DNA of 64,000 nucleotides from Sphyrna mokarran. Taxonomy: Eukaryota. Shown here in pieces: positions 24,903-38,871 of this stretch. The stretch covers positions 99,386,001 to 99,450,000 of the forward strand of contig JAGIQG010000009.1 of assembly GCA_024679065.1 (NCBI GenBank), read 5' to 3'. Under the pieces are notes generated by a model. The model ran no database searches. It saw only the letters and a program-made list of their open reading frames with translations, and was not told the origin of the DNA. A program made the position numbers and the translations under genes. Numbering within the stretch: the first letter of the stretch is position 1; each line of letters opens with the position of its first letter.

Positions 24903-26344
24903 CTGTGAAAATTGTATTGTTAGCATCCTTTACATGTATAGAGTATGAGACGCTTTTGCTTAGTAACTAATAAGCAGTTGAAATGTTCTAATCAAATGCA
25001 ATGCTTTCAGCGGTTAGATGAATAGATATTCGAATAAAAAGTCTTATTCTGCATGATACATCTTAACTTTAAATTGAATTGTCTATTCCTTCTTTCCGGA
25101 AATAGATATCTCTAATATTATTCGTATCTGACTATAGTAATTTGGTTTCAATTGTCTTGTCATTCTCAAGCTATAAATTAACTGAAAATAGTTCGTCACT
25201 GTTTTGCAGCAGATAGCAAATGCATCCATATTTGGGTTAACAATGTAAACAATAATCGTCACATTGAGTCAAAAGATCTCGTAAAATTATGGTTTGTGCA
25301 TTAGAAACTGAACGGATTTATATGTGCTCCATATATTGTAATTAAAGTCATAATCATGCTGGTATCGCCAACGGCACTCAGTATTCCTTCAGGGATGTTT
25401 GAGCGAGGGTTAAGTCACACATTTCGGTGAAATCGTATCATAGAAGAGGAGCTAAAATATCTCTGGTATGGTGACAAATATCATTCCTCAATGAACATCA
25501 CAAAATAATTGTCAAGCAAACAATAATTGTTTGTGTGAATTTCCTGTGTGTTAATTGGATGTCTCTTTTTCTACTTTTCAAAAAAAACCCCTGCAAATTA
25601 CTTTTGATCATCCGCTGGTCATGTATTGGACAAATATTTCATTCTTTCTCGCCGTTCTATCAGGATAACAATTGCACCAGTAACAATTCTCACCGACTTA
25701 AATTTGGGACAGTTGTTCACCCTAATTAATAATCTGACCCGAGCCTTCATATGAATTGGAAATACATGAACATTTCCACCTATTCAACATTGGGGTACAC
25801 TATTCAGATCACAAGCAAGTATGCAAAAGTGACTTATTTTGTGAAAATAATTATTTAATTGGCATTTGCATTATGATAATCGGATAAACTACTTTGCTGG
25901 CAGAAAATCTCCCCCAGGTACTATTTTCAGAAATGAAATTGCTACGCTAAGCCAGTATACTTTGGCCTTGAAAGGTATTCACTTGCATGTGGCAACCATT
26001 CTCCCCATAATTTTTGCATGTTTTCGCGAATACTCATGCACATTTTGTACAGCAATTGTTAGTGGTCATGAATAAGAAAATATTTGTAAACAAACTCAGA
26101 AATGGCATCAAAGTTAAAACATAGAATCAATTTAATTGCAATGATGTCAACATGCATGGGCAAAAAGTTCACTGAGTGAACCATCAATGATAAATTTGGG
26201 TACGACAGGAGAAACATCTCATTTCTTCTAATACTTTGGTGCATCAGGAGCAGATCAAAAATCAATTATTATATGGAAATAAATATAAATAGGAGAAAAT
26301 AATATGATTAAAAATACAAATTGTAACATGTGGCGAGAATTTAC

Positions 26345-26371
26345 CTTTCTCTTTTTGCTTCAGGCTTTCTT
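26345..26371 (-). CDS. 27-nt microexon QESLKQKEK
   Basis: tttgcctaattag|AAGAAAGCCTGAAGCAAAAAGAGAAAG|gtaaat. Confidence 0.9.
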
Positions 26372-26594
26372 CTAATTAGGCAAATGCATTGGGTTAATTA
26401 CAATGATCTGTAATGGTCATATACACTTTTATTTCCCCTGAAGTGTCTCGATAAGGTGTGCAATGAACTGTAATATTAAACAATTATCCTGACTTATCCA
26501 GAGTTTTTTGACATCGTAAAAACGTGCAAACAATTTTTCTATCAATTAATATATGAAAATAATACCTTACTTAACTCAAATAGATTTTACTCAC

Positions 26595-26630
26595 GTGTCT
26601 TTTGCAAAGTTTGCTTCATGATATTAAGTT
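26595..26630 (-). CDS. 36-nt microexon ELNIMKQTLQKT
   Basis: tttttacttttcag|AACTTAATATC...AAGACAC|gtgagt. Confidence 0.9.
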
Positions 26631-27124
26631 CTGAAAAGTAAAAACGTTTCATACAAAATCTAGTATTTTAGTTTGCGTTCACTTTATTGTAATAGGAGAT
26701 CCAAAAACATGGCTTATTTTAGCGATAACATAGCACATCTCTAACTTTGCAGAATAAATTTTACTTTTTTCCACTACACAACAGTGTGAGGGAATAAAAA
26801 AAAACTACATGTACTCAGGGTTCCATTTTTCTCTAAATATGTTGAATCATCTTGCGCAAAAGGGAACATTTGTTCGGCCAAAGGAAATGCGCATGTGGAT
26901 TTTTTTTTACTGTGCATCAGAAACCGTTAAAGAAACACCTTAGAATATTAAAAACATCGTTTTGGAAGTGTGAACATAGACGCATCTGGTCAGATGAACA
27001 GCTTAACTGATTTTAATTATCCAATAAGAGATCAGTTTATTACTTCCTCCTTCGGTTACAGTTCGCTATGAAAATCTTCAGTTCATAATACATTACCAAT
27101 TGATACGCATTTTCATTAGAAAGG

Positions 27125-30100
27125 AAAAGAAAATAATAACTAGGAACAAAAATAAGCAATTCAGTCCATAGATTCTGCTCCGCCATTCAGAAGAATGGTC
27201 GCCTATCTCATCTCTGGATCAAATCTACTCTCCCCACTGTTCCCCATAACTTTCAATCCAATACTTATTGAATACCTATCAGTTCCTTAAAGTTACTCCG
27301 TGTCCCACCGTATACCGCTCTCTGAGGTAGTGAATTGCAAAGATTCACGATCCTTAAGAAATGTTGTTTCTCCTCATCTATACTTTAAATATGCAATCCC
27401 TTATCGTAAAACGATGCCATCTTGTTCCAGATTGCCTGTCCAGAAGAAGCATCACAGTACCTCAACTTGTTCGACATTTTTTACCATCCTGTATGCCTCA
27501 ATTAGACTTCCTCACTCTCTTGTAAACTGTGTTAAGTTTAGGCCTAACCTGCTCAATGTCTGTTTGTAAGACAAAATGCCCATCTTTGGACTCAATCTAG
27601 TGAACACCCTGTGAACTGCTTTCATGCATTTGCATGCTTCCTGAAATAACGGGATCAAAATCATACGCTGTAATCCAGGAGATGTCTTACCAAGGCTTGA
27701 ATAGGTTCAGAAACATTTATTTTCTTTCAAACTCACTTTCTTTATCTATAGATGCAAAAATAGAATTTGCTTTCCTTTTTTATTGCTGTACCTGCATACC
27801 AGTTTTCTCGGACATAGGCACAAGGACACCCAAGCTATTCAAACCAAAGCACCACCAAATCTCTGCCTATTTACATATTAAATTGCCTTTCAACTTAACG
27901 GACCAAATTGTTAACGTCACAGTCCATCCTCCGTTAAGCTCATATTTTGGCCCAACCACCTAAGTTATTATACCACTGACTCAAAGAATCCTTACAGTGC
28001 ATAATGAAGTCGTTCTGCGCATCGAGCCTGCGCCAATTCAGCGTCCCACCCAGGCCCACGCATCCCACGTCCGCCCAGTACCCGGTACCAGTCATCTACC
28101 TCATCTGCATAAGAACATAAGAAATAGGAGCAAGAGTAGGCCATGCAGCCCTTCGAGCCTGCCCGCCATTCAACAAGGTCATGGCTGATCTGAAGTGGAT
28201 CAGTTCCACTTTCCCACTTTCTCCCCATAACCTTAATCCCCTTGTTTATCAGAAACCTATCTACGCGTGACTTAAGTATATTCAACGAGGTAGCCTCCAC
28301 CACTTCAATAGGCAGAGAATTCCAGAGACTCACCACTCTTTGAGTGAAAAAGTTTCTCCTCAACTCCGATCTAAACTGCCCCACTCCCTTATTTTGAGGC
28401 TTGTTTTCTAGTTCTGCTATCCTTTCTAAGTGAGCGAAATCTCTCTTCCTCTACCCTATCTATCCTCTTCATTATCTTATATGTCTCTATAAGATCCCCT
28501 CTCAGCCTTCTAAACTCCAACGAGTACAGACCCAGCTGAAGATATTCAGCACTCCACCTTCAGGATATCCACGCATATATAGGGAGAACAGATTGTCTCC
28601 ACAGAGACAATCGCCGAAAGCCAGTCTCGAACCCGGATCACTGTGATGCATCGGAGCTATTGGTTGTGCCACCATGTTGCATTATCTATATGTAAATTTC
28701 TTATTTCTGCACCTGATCTGAGGATTCTACCTAGTTTAATATCATCCTTAAATGTGACTCCATTATCTTCTATTCCTTTACCCAAGTTGCTAATATGGAT
28801 TATCAGTGGTTCGTGCCCAAAGACCAAATAATGTGGCACCCCAATTATTAAATCTTGTCAACCAGAAAAAAGTACCATTTGTCCCGACTCTCTATTTTCT
28901 GTCAGTTAGTCAGTCCTCCATTAAATAAAATGCATTGTTTCTAACTAATTCTTCATGTGATCTGATCTCGTACATTAATCTTCTGTGCAGCAGCATACAG
29001 ATGTTACAGACGGGATAGAGGAGTATGTAAAACGTGTGGGAGAGTTGTAGTATTAGGTAAGGCCTCATTGCGGGAGGACATTCGAAGGGCTCATTCAACG
29101 AGGTAATAGGATAGAGCTCAGGAGTAGGAATGGTGTAGTCACAATGTTGAGCATTTACCATAGGCTGCCAAACAACCAGCGGGAGATCGAGGAACAGACA
29201 TGCAGGCAAGATGTAAAAGTGACAGTCTTACGTGGTGGGAGATTTCAACTTCCACTATATTGACTAGGACTCACTTAGTGCTAGGGGTACTACATTGGAT
29301 GTTGTTTACATGGACTCCAGCAAGGCCTTTGACAAGGCACTTCATGGTAGACTGGTACAGAAGGTGAAGACTCATGCAATACGAGGTGAGCTGGCAAGAT
29401 GGGTAGAGAACTGGCTTAGTCATGGAGACAGAGTGTCGAAGTGGAAGGCTGCATTTCTGAATGGAGGGCTGTGACAAGTAGTTTTCCTCAGAGCTCACTA
29501 CTGGGATCTTTGCTGTTTGTTAAATACAAAAATGAGTTGGCAGAAAAAATAACTAGTTTAATTAGTAAGTTTGCAGACGACATAAAGGTTGACACAAAGT
29601 GAACAATTCAGATCCTCGATGATTATACGAAGTGCAAAATGGAACTTAAGAAAATAACGAGGAAAACCAAAAGAGGGCATAAAACAAGCCTTGTGAATAG
29701 GATTAGGTGAATTCTAAGATATTTTATCAATACATTAAAGAGAAGTTAACCAGGAAATGTGTAGGGCCCATTCGAAACCAAGATGGTGATCTCTGTATGA
29801 AATCGCAGTATATTGGAAGAGTGTTAAATGGATACTCCTTCTTGATCTTTATAGTATCAAGGATAGGAAGACGAAAGTAGGAAATTCACGAAAAAAGGAA
29901 TGAGAGGAACATGCACCGTTTGACACAGGGAATGGAGAGTTGTTGATCTGGATGAATTGCACCGCAAGCTGCCATAGGATGCAACAGAAAAATGCAGGGA
30001 TCTGACATGCGTTTTCATATCTTTCTGGCCACGGGAACATGCCAGCGGACTGCAGGGCGGCTCATGATGTTCCAATGTTCAAAGATTAGTAGAGATGAAC

Positions 30101-31270
30101 TAAAAAGAATACAGGCCGCTGAGTCTCATGTCAGTGAATGGGAAGCTAGGGGAGAAAATTCTGAAGGAGATAATTAATATTTACTTCTTAAGGCATGAGT
30201 TTGTTAGAGATAGCATGGCTTTGACAGAAGGAGGCCATGCCAGACAATTATTAGAATTGGTCTAAAATGAGGTCAAATGTGTGGATGAGGAAAACTGCTG
30301 TAGTTGGTGGATTTTACCAAAACACTTGGAAAGGTGCCACATTGGGGACCAATTGAGAAGGTCATATCACATAGAATTCAGGGAAATTTAGCGACATAGA
30401 ACGGAAACTGGCATCGTAATAGGACACAACATGTAGTAGTAAAAGATTGTTGGAGGCTGGGAGAAGAAAAAGCAATTTGCCCCATTTCAGTTTTAAATGG
30501 ATTCCGCCTTATTGTTAAACAGTAGCACCAATTTCTAGGCTTTCGACAGCAAAGAAGACATCCTCGTCAAATTCACCATTTCAAAGTCAGGAATTTATCT
30601 GTTTCAGGCAAGTCACCTCTTATTCACCTGAATTCTAGCGGTCACATGCCTAGTCTACCCAACCTTTCCTCAGAAAAGGCCCTCACGTTCCGCTAGTAAT
30701 CTGATAAATATTGTTTGAATTATCTCCAAAGCATTTCCATTCTTCCTTATGTAAAAGGATAACATTTCCCACATTATTCTATATTTGCCAGATCGCTTCC
30801 CATGCAGTTCGCCTATCTATGCCCATTTGAGGCCTTCTCTGCTATCTTCATAAATTACTATTCTTCCTATCTTTGTACCTTTGTAACATTCGGCAATCAT
30901 CTTCTGCAACCATTACCAACGTCATTACAAATTGTAAACAGTTGAGGTCTCAACACACCACACTTATGGAACAGCATCGTTTCATCTTTTCAGTCCACAA
31001 AAAATATCAATTTGTACTCAATCACTGCTTCCCGTTAACCAGTCAAGTTCACATCCATGCCAATATGTTAGCCTCTATACCATGAGCTTTTATTTTCCGC
31101 AATGAACTTCGATGTAACAATTTATTAAATACGCCGTTGGAGATCTAAGTAGAACATGACCACCAGTTCTTCTTAATTCACAGTAAATGGTACTTTCTGA
31201 AACATCTCCAATCAATTGGTTAAACATGATATTCCTTTCACAAAACCATGTTGACTTTTCATGTATGATG
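27125..31270. mobile_element. Cluster of nested CR1 fragments on both strands, including a younger minus-strand CR1 3' end at about 28108-28535
   Basis: FFTQRVVSLWNSLP peptide, cataagaacataag tail, VGDFNF, agtaagtttgcagacgac (SKFADD). Confidence 0.8.
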
Positions 31271-32137
31271 GATCTGAAAAAATACCGTGGAAATGAAATA
31301 TAGCTCAAGAATTTGAACAGCATTTGAACAAGCGTACCACTTGTGGTTAAACTGGTGGCATCTTCCATTAATTGTTGTAACTGTCAGCACAAAAGTGAAT
31401 TTTGTCCAGTAAGCAATTGAGCAATGCCGTCTTTGGATTAAAATGTTGGTGCAATTAATGGCATTTAGACCGTATGTCTCAATGATTGACCAATTGGTCT
31501 CTTGAAGGTTTGCATCCTGTGCTGGACAACGCCAAAATAATCATTCTTTGTTATGTATGAATGTGTACTTGGTCAGCTGTTGCTCAGCTCACTTTTAGAT
31601 ACCATATGTCCTCTGAAATATCATCAGTTGAGCTCATGACTTGGCTTGCAAAACCAAAGGGTTGCTTGCAATCCTTGCGTTTTTTTTTGCATTACAGGAA
31701 GTTTGGTGAGCTTATGGTTCCCTGCTGCCATTTTCATATCAATTTTGTGTGTTATCAGGCTCTCTTGTTTTCTCTTGTGGTACAAATCATTGTCATTGCT
31801 TAAGATTTGGTATTCCCATCTTTCTCCAGATGAGTGCAAAGTTAAAACTGCAACTTTTGTCTCTTTCTCATAATTACAGATCTAAATTAAGAAATGAACG
31901 AAAGGAGAAAACAAAGAGCGGATGGATGAATGGTCTTAATTATTTTATGTAATATAACCTGATTATAAACTATTTGTAACAAGCTAACTGGTTTCAATAA
32001 TCTAGATATAATAGGATTCAAGTTTAGATCAATACTTCTAAAGATATTGGTAGCATTATTATGTTTGAAGGCAAATATATGAGCTGTCAGAAGATGCCAT
32101 TGATTATATTCACAAATTTCCCTTGTTGTGAACTTAC

Positions 32138-32164
32138 CACTTTCTTTCTCACTGAACGCTTTTT
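32138..32164 (-). CDS. 27-nt microexon EKAFSEKES
   Basis: tcttcactgcacag|AAAAAGCGTTCAGTGAGAAAGAAAGTG|gtaagt. Confidence 0.9.
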
Positions 32165-34652
32165 CTGTGCAGTGAAGACAAAAATCATTTAGTTAGAGAA
32201 TCAGTCCGACATATTGATTGATTAGCAAAACAGACCCTATCTCATTTTGAACAATTAGGCAAATAATTAATAAAGTAATAATGTGGAAACGTGATACATA
32301 TACGGATATAAACCGATGATTGAATCTAAAATTATACATTGGCGAAATCAGTAGATGGTAAAGGATATAACTTATTATTTCGTGTTTGGATTCTTGCCAA
32401 TGCAAAATAAATGAAGACATTTTAATTGATTGATCCATAGGGGGAACAGATAAGATCATGTTTAAATATGGATTTACCCACTATTTTAATTTCTATGGAA
32501 ATCAGCGACCATATAGAAAACAACTTTGCATTTCTGTCCCTTTGGCTGTCACAATGCGTGATAAATTAGATTAATACAACTAAAATATACTGAAGTGGTA
32601 TATTCCACTTTATATTAGGTGGATGATTTAAAGTATGCCACACTATGGTCGAAGAACAAACAACGAAAATGATTTCAGCAACAATAAGGCAATTTTAGGG
32701 GCAAGACCAATTGTGACAATGAGAGTGAAGCTGGCTGGGATCTTTGGTCAATTTATAATTAAAACCAGATGTAGGTAATAAAGTTGCTACATATTATGAC
32801 CCAGTCTATCTGACTATAGCTGGGCAAATTATCGATAATAATGACATTCGGTTCAGTGATGTCCTTCGGGAAAGAAAATCTGTCATATATGACAGGTGTG
32901 GCCTACATGTGATTCAAAATCTACACCAAGTTGGTTGACTTCTAACGATCCACTTACGTGGATAAATAAACCGCTCAGTTCAGTGATCATAAGAAATGGA
33001 TGACAATTTCGGTCGCTGCCAGCAGCGGCCCAGTCCCATCAAAAAAAAACATGATTTTCAATAAAGTGTGCCATTTGATAACTTCCATAACTTACTTTCA
33101 TGATCTTTTCGGAGAGTCCGAAGCATAAATCATAACTCCGTTTGAAATTCGAAAATGACCTTAAAGTTTATTCAGTTTTTATTTGCTATTATAAAGCTTG
33201 GCAACTTAACATTTTGAATTGCTGTGTATAAAAATGCAAAGACATCGCAATGAAAATGTAAAGGAGTTGAGGAAATGCTCTGTAACCAGTTTGAATGCAC
33301 ACATTGAACTCATGTTTTGTGTACATAATGCCGAATTTTGCAAGGTTGGTCTCTGAATCAGGTATTGACAAAAACATTCACACTGGTCGCGGAAGTTCTG
33401 TTGGAGAGTGGGACTGGTGGATGGACCTTGTCAAAATTTTATTTCAGGGAGACGGAAATTCCCGGATCGCTAAATTAATTTTATGATCGTATGTTGAACA
33501 TATATTATCCTGCCTAACTTTTACAAACTTTTTGGTCCTAAAAATCGCATGAAGACTGGTTAAAAGTATGTAAATATTCGACTGCTCTGAATGTTGCAAG
33601 AGTAAATCACAGGATGTGCCTTCACAACTATCCTTAATTCAGAATTATGGGGAGGCGCAGCACAACAGTGCAATATCAAGGGTGAAGCATTCGCAGCAAT
33701 ATGAAGCCAGAACTACCACTGTCTACTTGGATCCCTTTCTAAGTCAGGAGTGTGTTGGAATGCTGTCCATTTGCTCGATCATTACTGCTTCAGAGCACAC
33801 AAGAACCCCAACGCAATCGAGGACAAAACAAACCATTCCCTCAGCAATCACCATCAAAAACATACATTCTAGTCAAGACTAATACAGTATGGCAGCAGTA
33901 TTTATAATGTGCACCATAATATCCCAAAGCCTCCCTCAACAACACTTGTTATATGAACCTAAGGAAGAGTTGATTATAACCAAGAGACCATTCGGGGTTT
34001 TGTCATGATCGCCACGTGGCAAAATTTTGGCTTATCTGAATTTGATCTCAGTTGTACCTTTCATCTTCCTTTCGTCCTTTGACGTCTTGAGAGTTAGTCA
34101 AGACCCCATTTAACTCTATCTTATGAATATCAATGATCCTGCTTCAACTGCTCTCTCCATTGAGCGAGAAAGTACAACTCATGTGTATCATAAACATGAT
34201 ACCCCCGTCAGTTTAATATTTATCCCCTAATTGTTTTACCTTACACAAAAAGGATTATCATTTTTACCAACGATCCCATCAATTTCGTTCGCATCTTCCA
34301 CTCTTGAATAATCCAACCTCTCATTCTTCGGAACTTCAATGGACAAAGGCCCAAACTGTCAAATATTTCTTCCTTAATAACGTCCGAATCCAAGGAAACA
34401 GTCGACTAAATTTCTCTGAGCGGCTTCAAGTGTAATTATGTCCTTTCTGAAAGACAAAAACCGTAGCCAGTACTCTGATGTGATTGCACTATTACCTTGT
34501 GAACTGTAGCAATACTTGCCTATTGTTAGATTCAATTCGCCTTGAAATTGGCCGTAAAACCACCTGCTGGGTTCAATGCGAACGTTTATTTCCTTCGCGT
34601 TGCATAGCAACCAAATTTCTCTGTTGCACAGAATTCATCAATCTCTTCTCAT

Positions 34653-35794
34653 GGGAAGTCTGCCCATGGAAGACTTCTACAGAAAATGCAGATGTGTGGA
34701 ATAGAGGGTGATTTAGCAAATTGGATTAGAAATTGGCTGGCAGATAGAAGACAGAGGGTGGTGGTTGATGGGAGATTTTCATCGTGGAGTTCGGTGACGA
34801 GTGGTGTGCCTCAGGGGTCTGTTTTGGGGCCCCTGCTGTTTGTAATTTTTATAAATGATCTGGATGAGGGTATTGAGGGATGGATCAGTAAAATTGCAGA
34901 TGATACTAAAGTTGGTGGTGTGGTAGATAGTGAAGAGGGGTGTTTTAGTTTACAGAGTGACTTGGACAAGTTGCAGAGCTGGGCCGAGAGGTGGCAAATG
35001 GAGTTTAATGTGGAAAAGTGTGAGGTAATGCACTTTGGCAGGAACAATAAATGTGTAGAGTATAGGGCTAATGGTAGGGCTCTTAATAGTATTGAGGAAC
35101 AGAAGGATCTTGGTGTATGTGTCAATAGATCCCTGAAAGTAGGCAGTCAAGTGGATAAAGTTGTTAAGAAGGCATATGGAGTCCTAGCTTTTATTGGTAG
35201 GGGATTGAATTTAGGAGCCGCAGCATCATGTTGCAACTGTACAAAACTCTAGTGCGGCCGCACTTGGAGTATTGTGTGCAGTTCTGGTCCCCACATTATA
35301 AGAAAGATGTGGAGGCATTGGAGAGGGTACAGAGGAGGTTTACCAGGATGTTGCCTGGTATGGAGGGAAGGTCCTATGAAGAGAGGTTGAAGGATTTGAG
35401 GTTGTTTTCGTTAGAAAGGAGGCGGCTAAGGGGGGATCTTATTGAAACATACAAGATAATTAGAGGTTTGGATAGGGTGGACAGTGATAGCCTTTTTCCT
35501 AGGATGGAAAAAGCTAGCACGAGGGGACACAACTTTAAATTAAGGGGTCATAGTTATAGGACGGATATCAGAGGCAGGTTCTTACCCAAAGAGTGATTAG
35601 GGAGTGGAATGCCCTGCCTGCAGCTGTTGTAGATGCGCCAAGTTTGGTGGCGTTTAAGAGGTTAGTTGATAAGTATATGGAAGAGAAGGGAATGGTTTAG
35701 TTAGGAGGGGCATTGCTTTTTATTTTGGTCGGCACAACATCGAAGGCCGAAGGGCCTGTTCTGTGCTGTATTGTTCTATGTTCTATGTTCTATG
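34653..35794 (+). mobile_element. Young 5'-truncated CR1 LINE; RT C-terminus split by frameshifts; inserted into an older CR1
   Basis: GVPQGSVLGPLLF, IADDTK, RPHLEYCVQFWSP, LERRRLRGDLIETYK; (GTTCTAT)n tail; apparent TSD TTCTCAT at 34646-34652 and 35795-35801. Confidence 0.95.
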
Positions 35795-37354
35795 TTCTCA
35801 TTGAAATAATAAGCTGCTTCCTGATTGTTCTTGACAAGATGCACAATTTCACATTCTCTAACTTTGTTCTCCATCCCCAAATTACATTTTCAAGGAACTC
35901 TAACATTTTTGTCAAAAACGATTTCCCTTTTACAAAACCATTTTTACTATGTCTAATTGCATTGAAATTTTACACGTGCCCCTATATAACCGTCTTTCTA
36001 ATGGCTTTCACCATCTTTACAAGTACTTTCGGCTAACTGTTCTATATATTCCTGTTCTCTGTGTTCCTCATTTCATGACAGGGAGTTACTTTCGTTACTT
36101 TGCAAGATGATTGAACCTTTCCAGATAATAATCATTTCTTGAAAATGAAAAGCATTAAATATACTATCTCAGTAGCAATCTCAGGATCTGTACATTCAAC
36201 AAGGAGCAGGTCTGGAGATGGATGGGGACACCACCGTCTGTAAATTTTCCTCAAATCAACAAATATTCCGACTTGTAAGTAAATCGTCATTGTAACTCTG
36301 TAAGAATTCTGAAATTCCATTTTTAATGGAACTATGTGTGTGACTGCAGATATTCAGGAAAACTATCTGCCATAACAATCAGAAACATAAATGGGGATAA
36401 AGTTTCAACAGCTGGCCATTTACTCCAGGAGTGCGCTTACTAATTCTAAAAATCTAGAACAGTGAAACTTCCGGTTAGTATGCTAAATATCGAATTCAAT
36501 AGGATTTCATTTTGTCAAGATATTGTGTCACGTCATCTAAATTCTGGGAAGGTGTGTATTTGCACTCCAGCTATTCTCATGGAACTGCATCAATTTTCTG
36601 CATTTTCTTCAAAGAATGAAGTTTCTTCACCAGAGCGAGAAAACCAAATTGTGCAATATCCTCTAGGTATGGTCTCAGGAAGTTCCTATACCTTGCAGTA
36701 CAAGTTTTTCTTTTAGTTTGTAATGCCTATTGATTCTATGTAAACATAGAATTGTAAACATTAACTTACTCTTCGAATTGCTTATTTTGCTTTCGCGTCA
36801 TCGTTCTATGATTTGTGACTAAGGACACACAGGCCTCTTGAATGCGAACATTTACTACTTTCTCGCTTTAGAAATTATTTGTCTTTTCCTTTTCCGACCA
36901 AGTTGGTCATCAGCACCTTCCTCAGTAGTGTATCCCAGTTGCTACCACGTGCCCATTCATTGCGTGACTAATTCATTTTGTTTTTTGTTCACACATGAAA
37001 ACGTGGTTTCGTACCCAACATTGTAATTCCTCCAACTTGGAAAAGTTTCTCATAATTTCCTCAACTAGACTCTGACATTGACTGTAAATCGCTAAGGCTT
37101 AAGCATCTTTCTTTGTAGCGTCTCGCTGGAAAGAGCTTGTTAATTGTCTTCCTTTTGTCCCTCATCGGATCCTCATTCTAATGTATAAACTTCCAACTTA
37201 CTGAACATAGTATTGCGTAATTTCTAATTTTTTATTGGAACTAATCAAACGTTTACTTTTTTAGAAAATAAACTCCCTCATATGCCGGTCATTTACATGT
37301 ATTAATCCTGTCAAATGACATTTTATTCTTCTAAACACGCGCCAATAATTAAGA

Positions 37355-37960
37355 ACGCAAATGGCATCCTTTATTAACAGAAGCATGGTTTCAGCGTAGG
37401 AAGGTTATTTGGAACTATATAAATGGTTGCTGAGGCAACAGCCCTATGAAAATATTATAGAGAATTGGTATTATTGGAGGGCTGTTAAAACATTGGAAAG
37501 GGTGCAAAATGATTTACCAGGATGTTGCCTTGGCTGGAAAGTTTTAGATATCAGTTGACATGGCACCGACTGTTTTTGTTTGGAGCAGCGAGGACAGTTT
37601 TGAGATCTATAAACGTGTGAGCGGAATAGGTAGGCAGGAAGAAACATTTCCCCTTGATGGGTGGATGAATGACTAGGGAGCATAGAATTAAGGAACGGGT
37701 AGGATGTTTAAAGGGGATGTGCAGCAAAAACAAAAAACGTTTTTACCAAAAGATGGTGGGGGTCTCGGGTTCATTGCTCGAAAGGATAGTGGAGGCAAAG
37801 ACTGTCATAATATTTAAGACACATTTAGATGTACTTTTGAGATGCCAAGTCATACAGGACTACGTATGAATTTCTGGAAAATGGGACTGGGATAGCTAAT
37901 TAATTTGTCTTTACTGAAACATACATGACGGGCTGAAAGGCTTTTCCTGCTTTTAGACAT
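37355..37960 (+). mobile_element. Old CR1 3' fragment
   Basis: ttggaaagggtgcaa...tttaccaggatgttgcc, RFYQKMVGV. Confidence 0.75.
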
Positions 37961-38170
37961 ACATACCTGTGCGATTCAGTTGTCAATTTCTAAATTAGAG
38001 GTTTTAGCATCCATCTTACTACTGGTGTCAGGTGAATTGACCTGCATTTTTTTGTCCCGTTCCTTCCTTCAACAGCAGAATGACTTTTCCTACCTGCCAT
38101 AGATGCTTCTGCAATCCAAGGAGTTCTGGACAATCATAAACAACCCAATACTACCTATCAAGCCTATTGC

Positions 38171-38871
38171 TGTTATTACTTAAGTTTAATTTTCACTCTA
38201 TTATTCCAAAATGTAGACATTGATTCTACATGGAGATGAAGGCTTAAACGTATTTGTGCACTGTTGTGACATAAATATTGAAGTAAAAGTTATTTGTTTA
38301 TTTCTCACCCGTATCTTTCAGACTTTTTCTCAGTTGGTCTATTTCTGGAAAATCAAATCAGAGCTCTTAGGCTATTATCTCTTAATGTCTAATACATCAC
38401 ATTTTATTGTTCCTTAATTATATTGTGAAATTTTCAGTGTCTTTTTTTTACAGGGGTTTGTAAAGTTAATAGGATGGCATCCCTGAAGTACTTAATATTG
38501 TAACTGCTTAGCATGAATAGTGTCTAACTAGTCTTTTTGGTTGATAACAAAATTAAGACTAGGTAAAATATATCCCATTTACGAAGAGAAAGGAAAAGAG
38601 AGACCAGGAACTATTGAGGTTATGTATCATACTACTCCAAAATTGCTTGTGAAAAACTTATTTTGCATCGCGTTTAAATTATCTGAGGTAGCTGCATATT
38701 AGGTTAATGTTAAAATAACTGAAACCATCTATGTAGGGAAATAAACAAATAACTTTTACTTCAATATTTATGTCACAACAGTGCACAAATACGTTTAAGC
38801 CTTCATCTCCACGTAGAATCAATGTCTACATTTTGGAATAATAGAGTGAAAATTAAACTTAAGTAATAACA
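38171..38871. repeat. 134-bp inverted repeat (38171-38304 / 38738-38871), 433-bp spacer
   Basis: arms compared by eye: one mismatch (ctacatgg vs ccacgtag). Confidence 0.97.
38309..38344 (-). CDS. 36-nt microexon EIDQLRKSLKDT
   Basis: gatttgattttccag|AAATAGACCAA...GATACGG|gtgaga; lies inside the loop of a 134-bp inverted repeat. Confidence 0.88.

Noticed and set aside
32478-32492. 15-nt phase-1 segment EIKIV
   Set aside because: Too short to distinguish from chance, and this length is not otherwise seen in the array.
36770-36805. 36-nt segment with a gtaagt donor
   Set aside because: TGA near the start in the gene's phase; weak acceptor.
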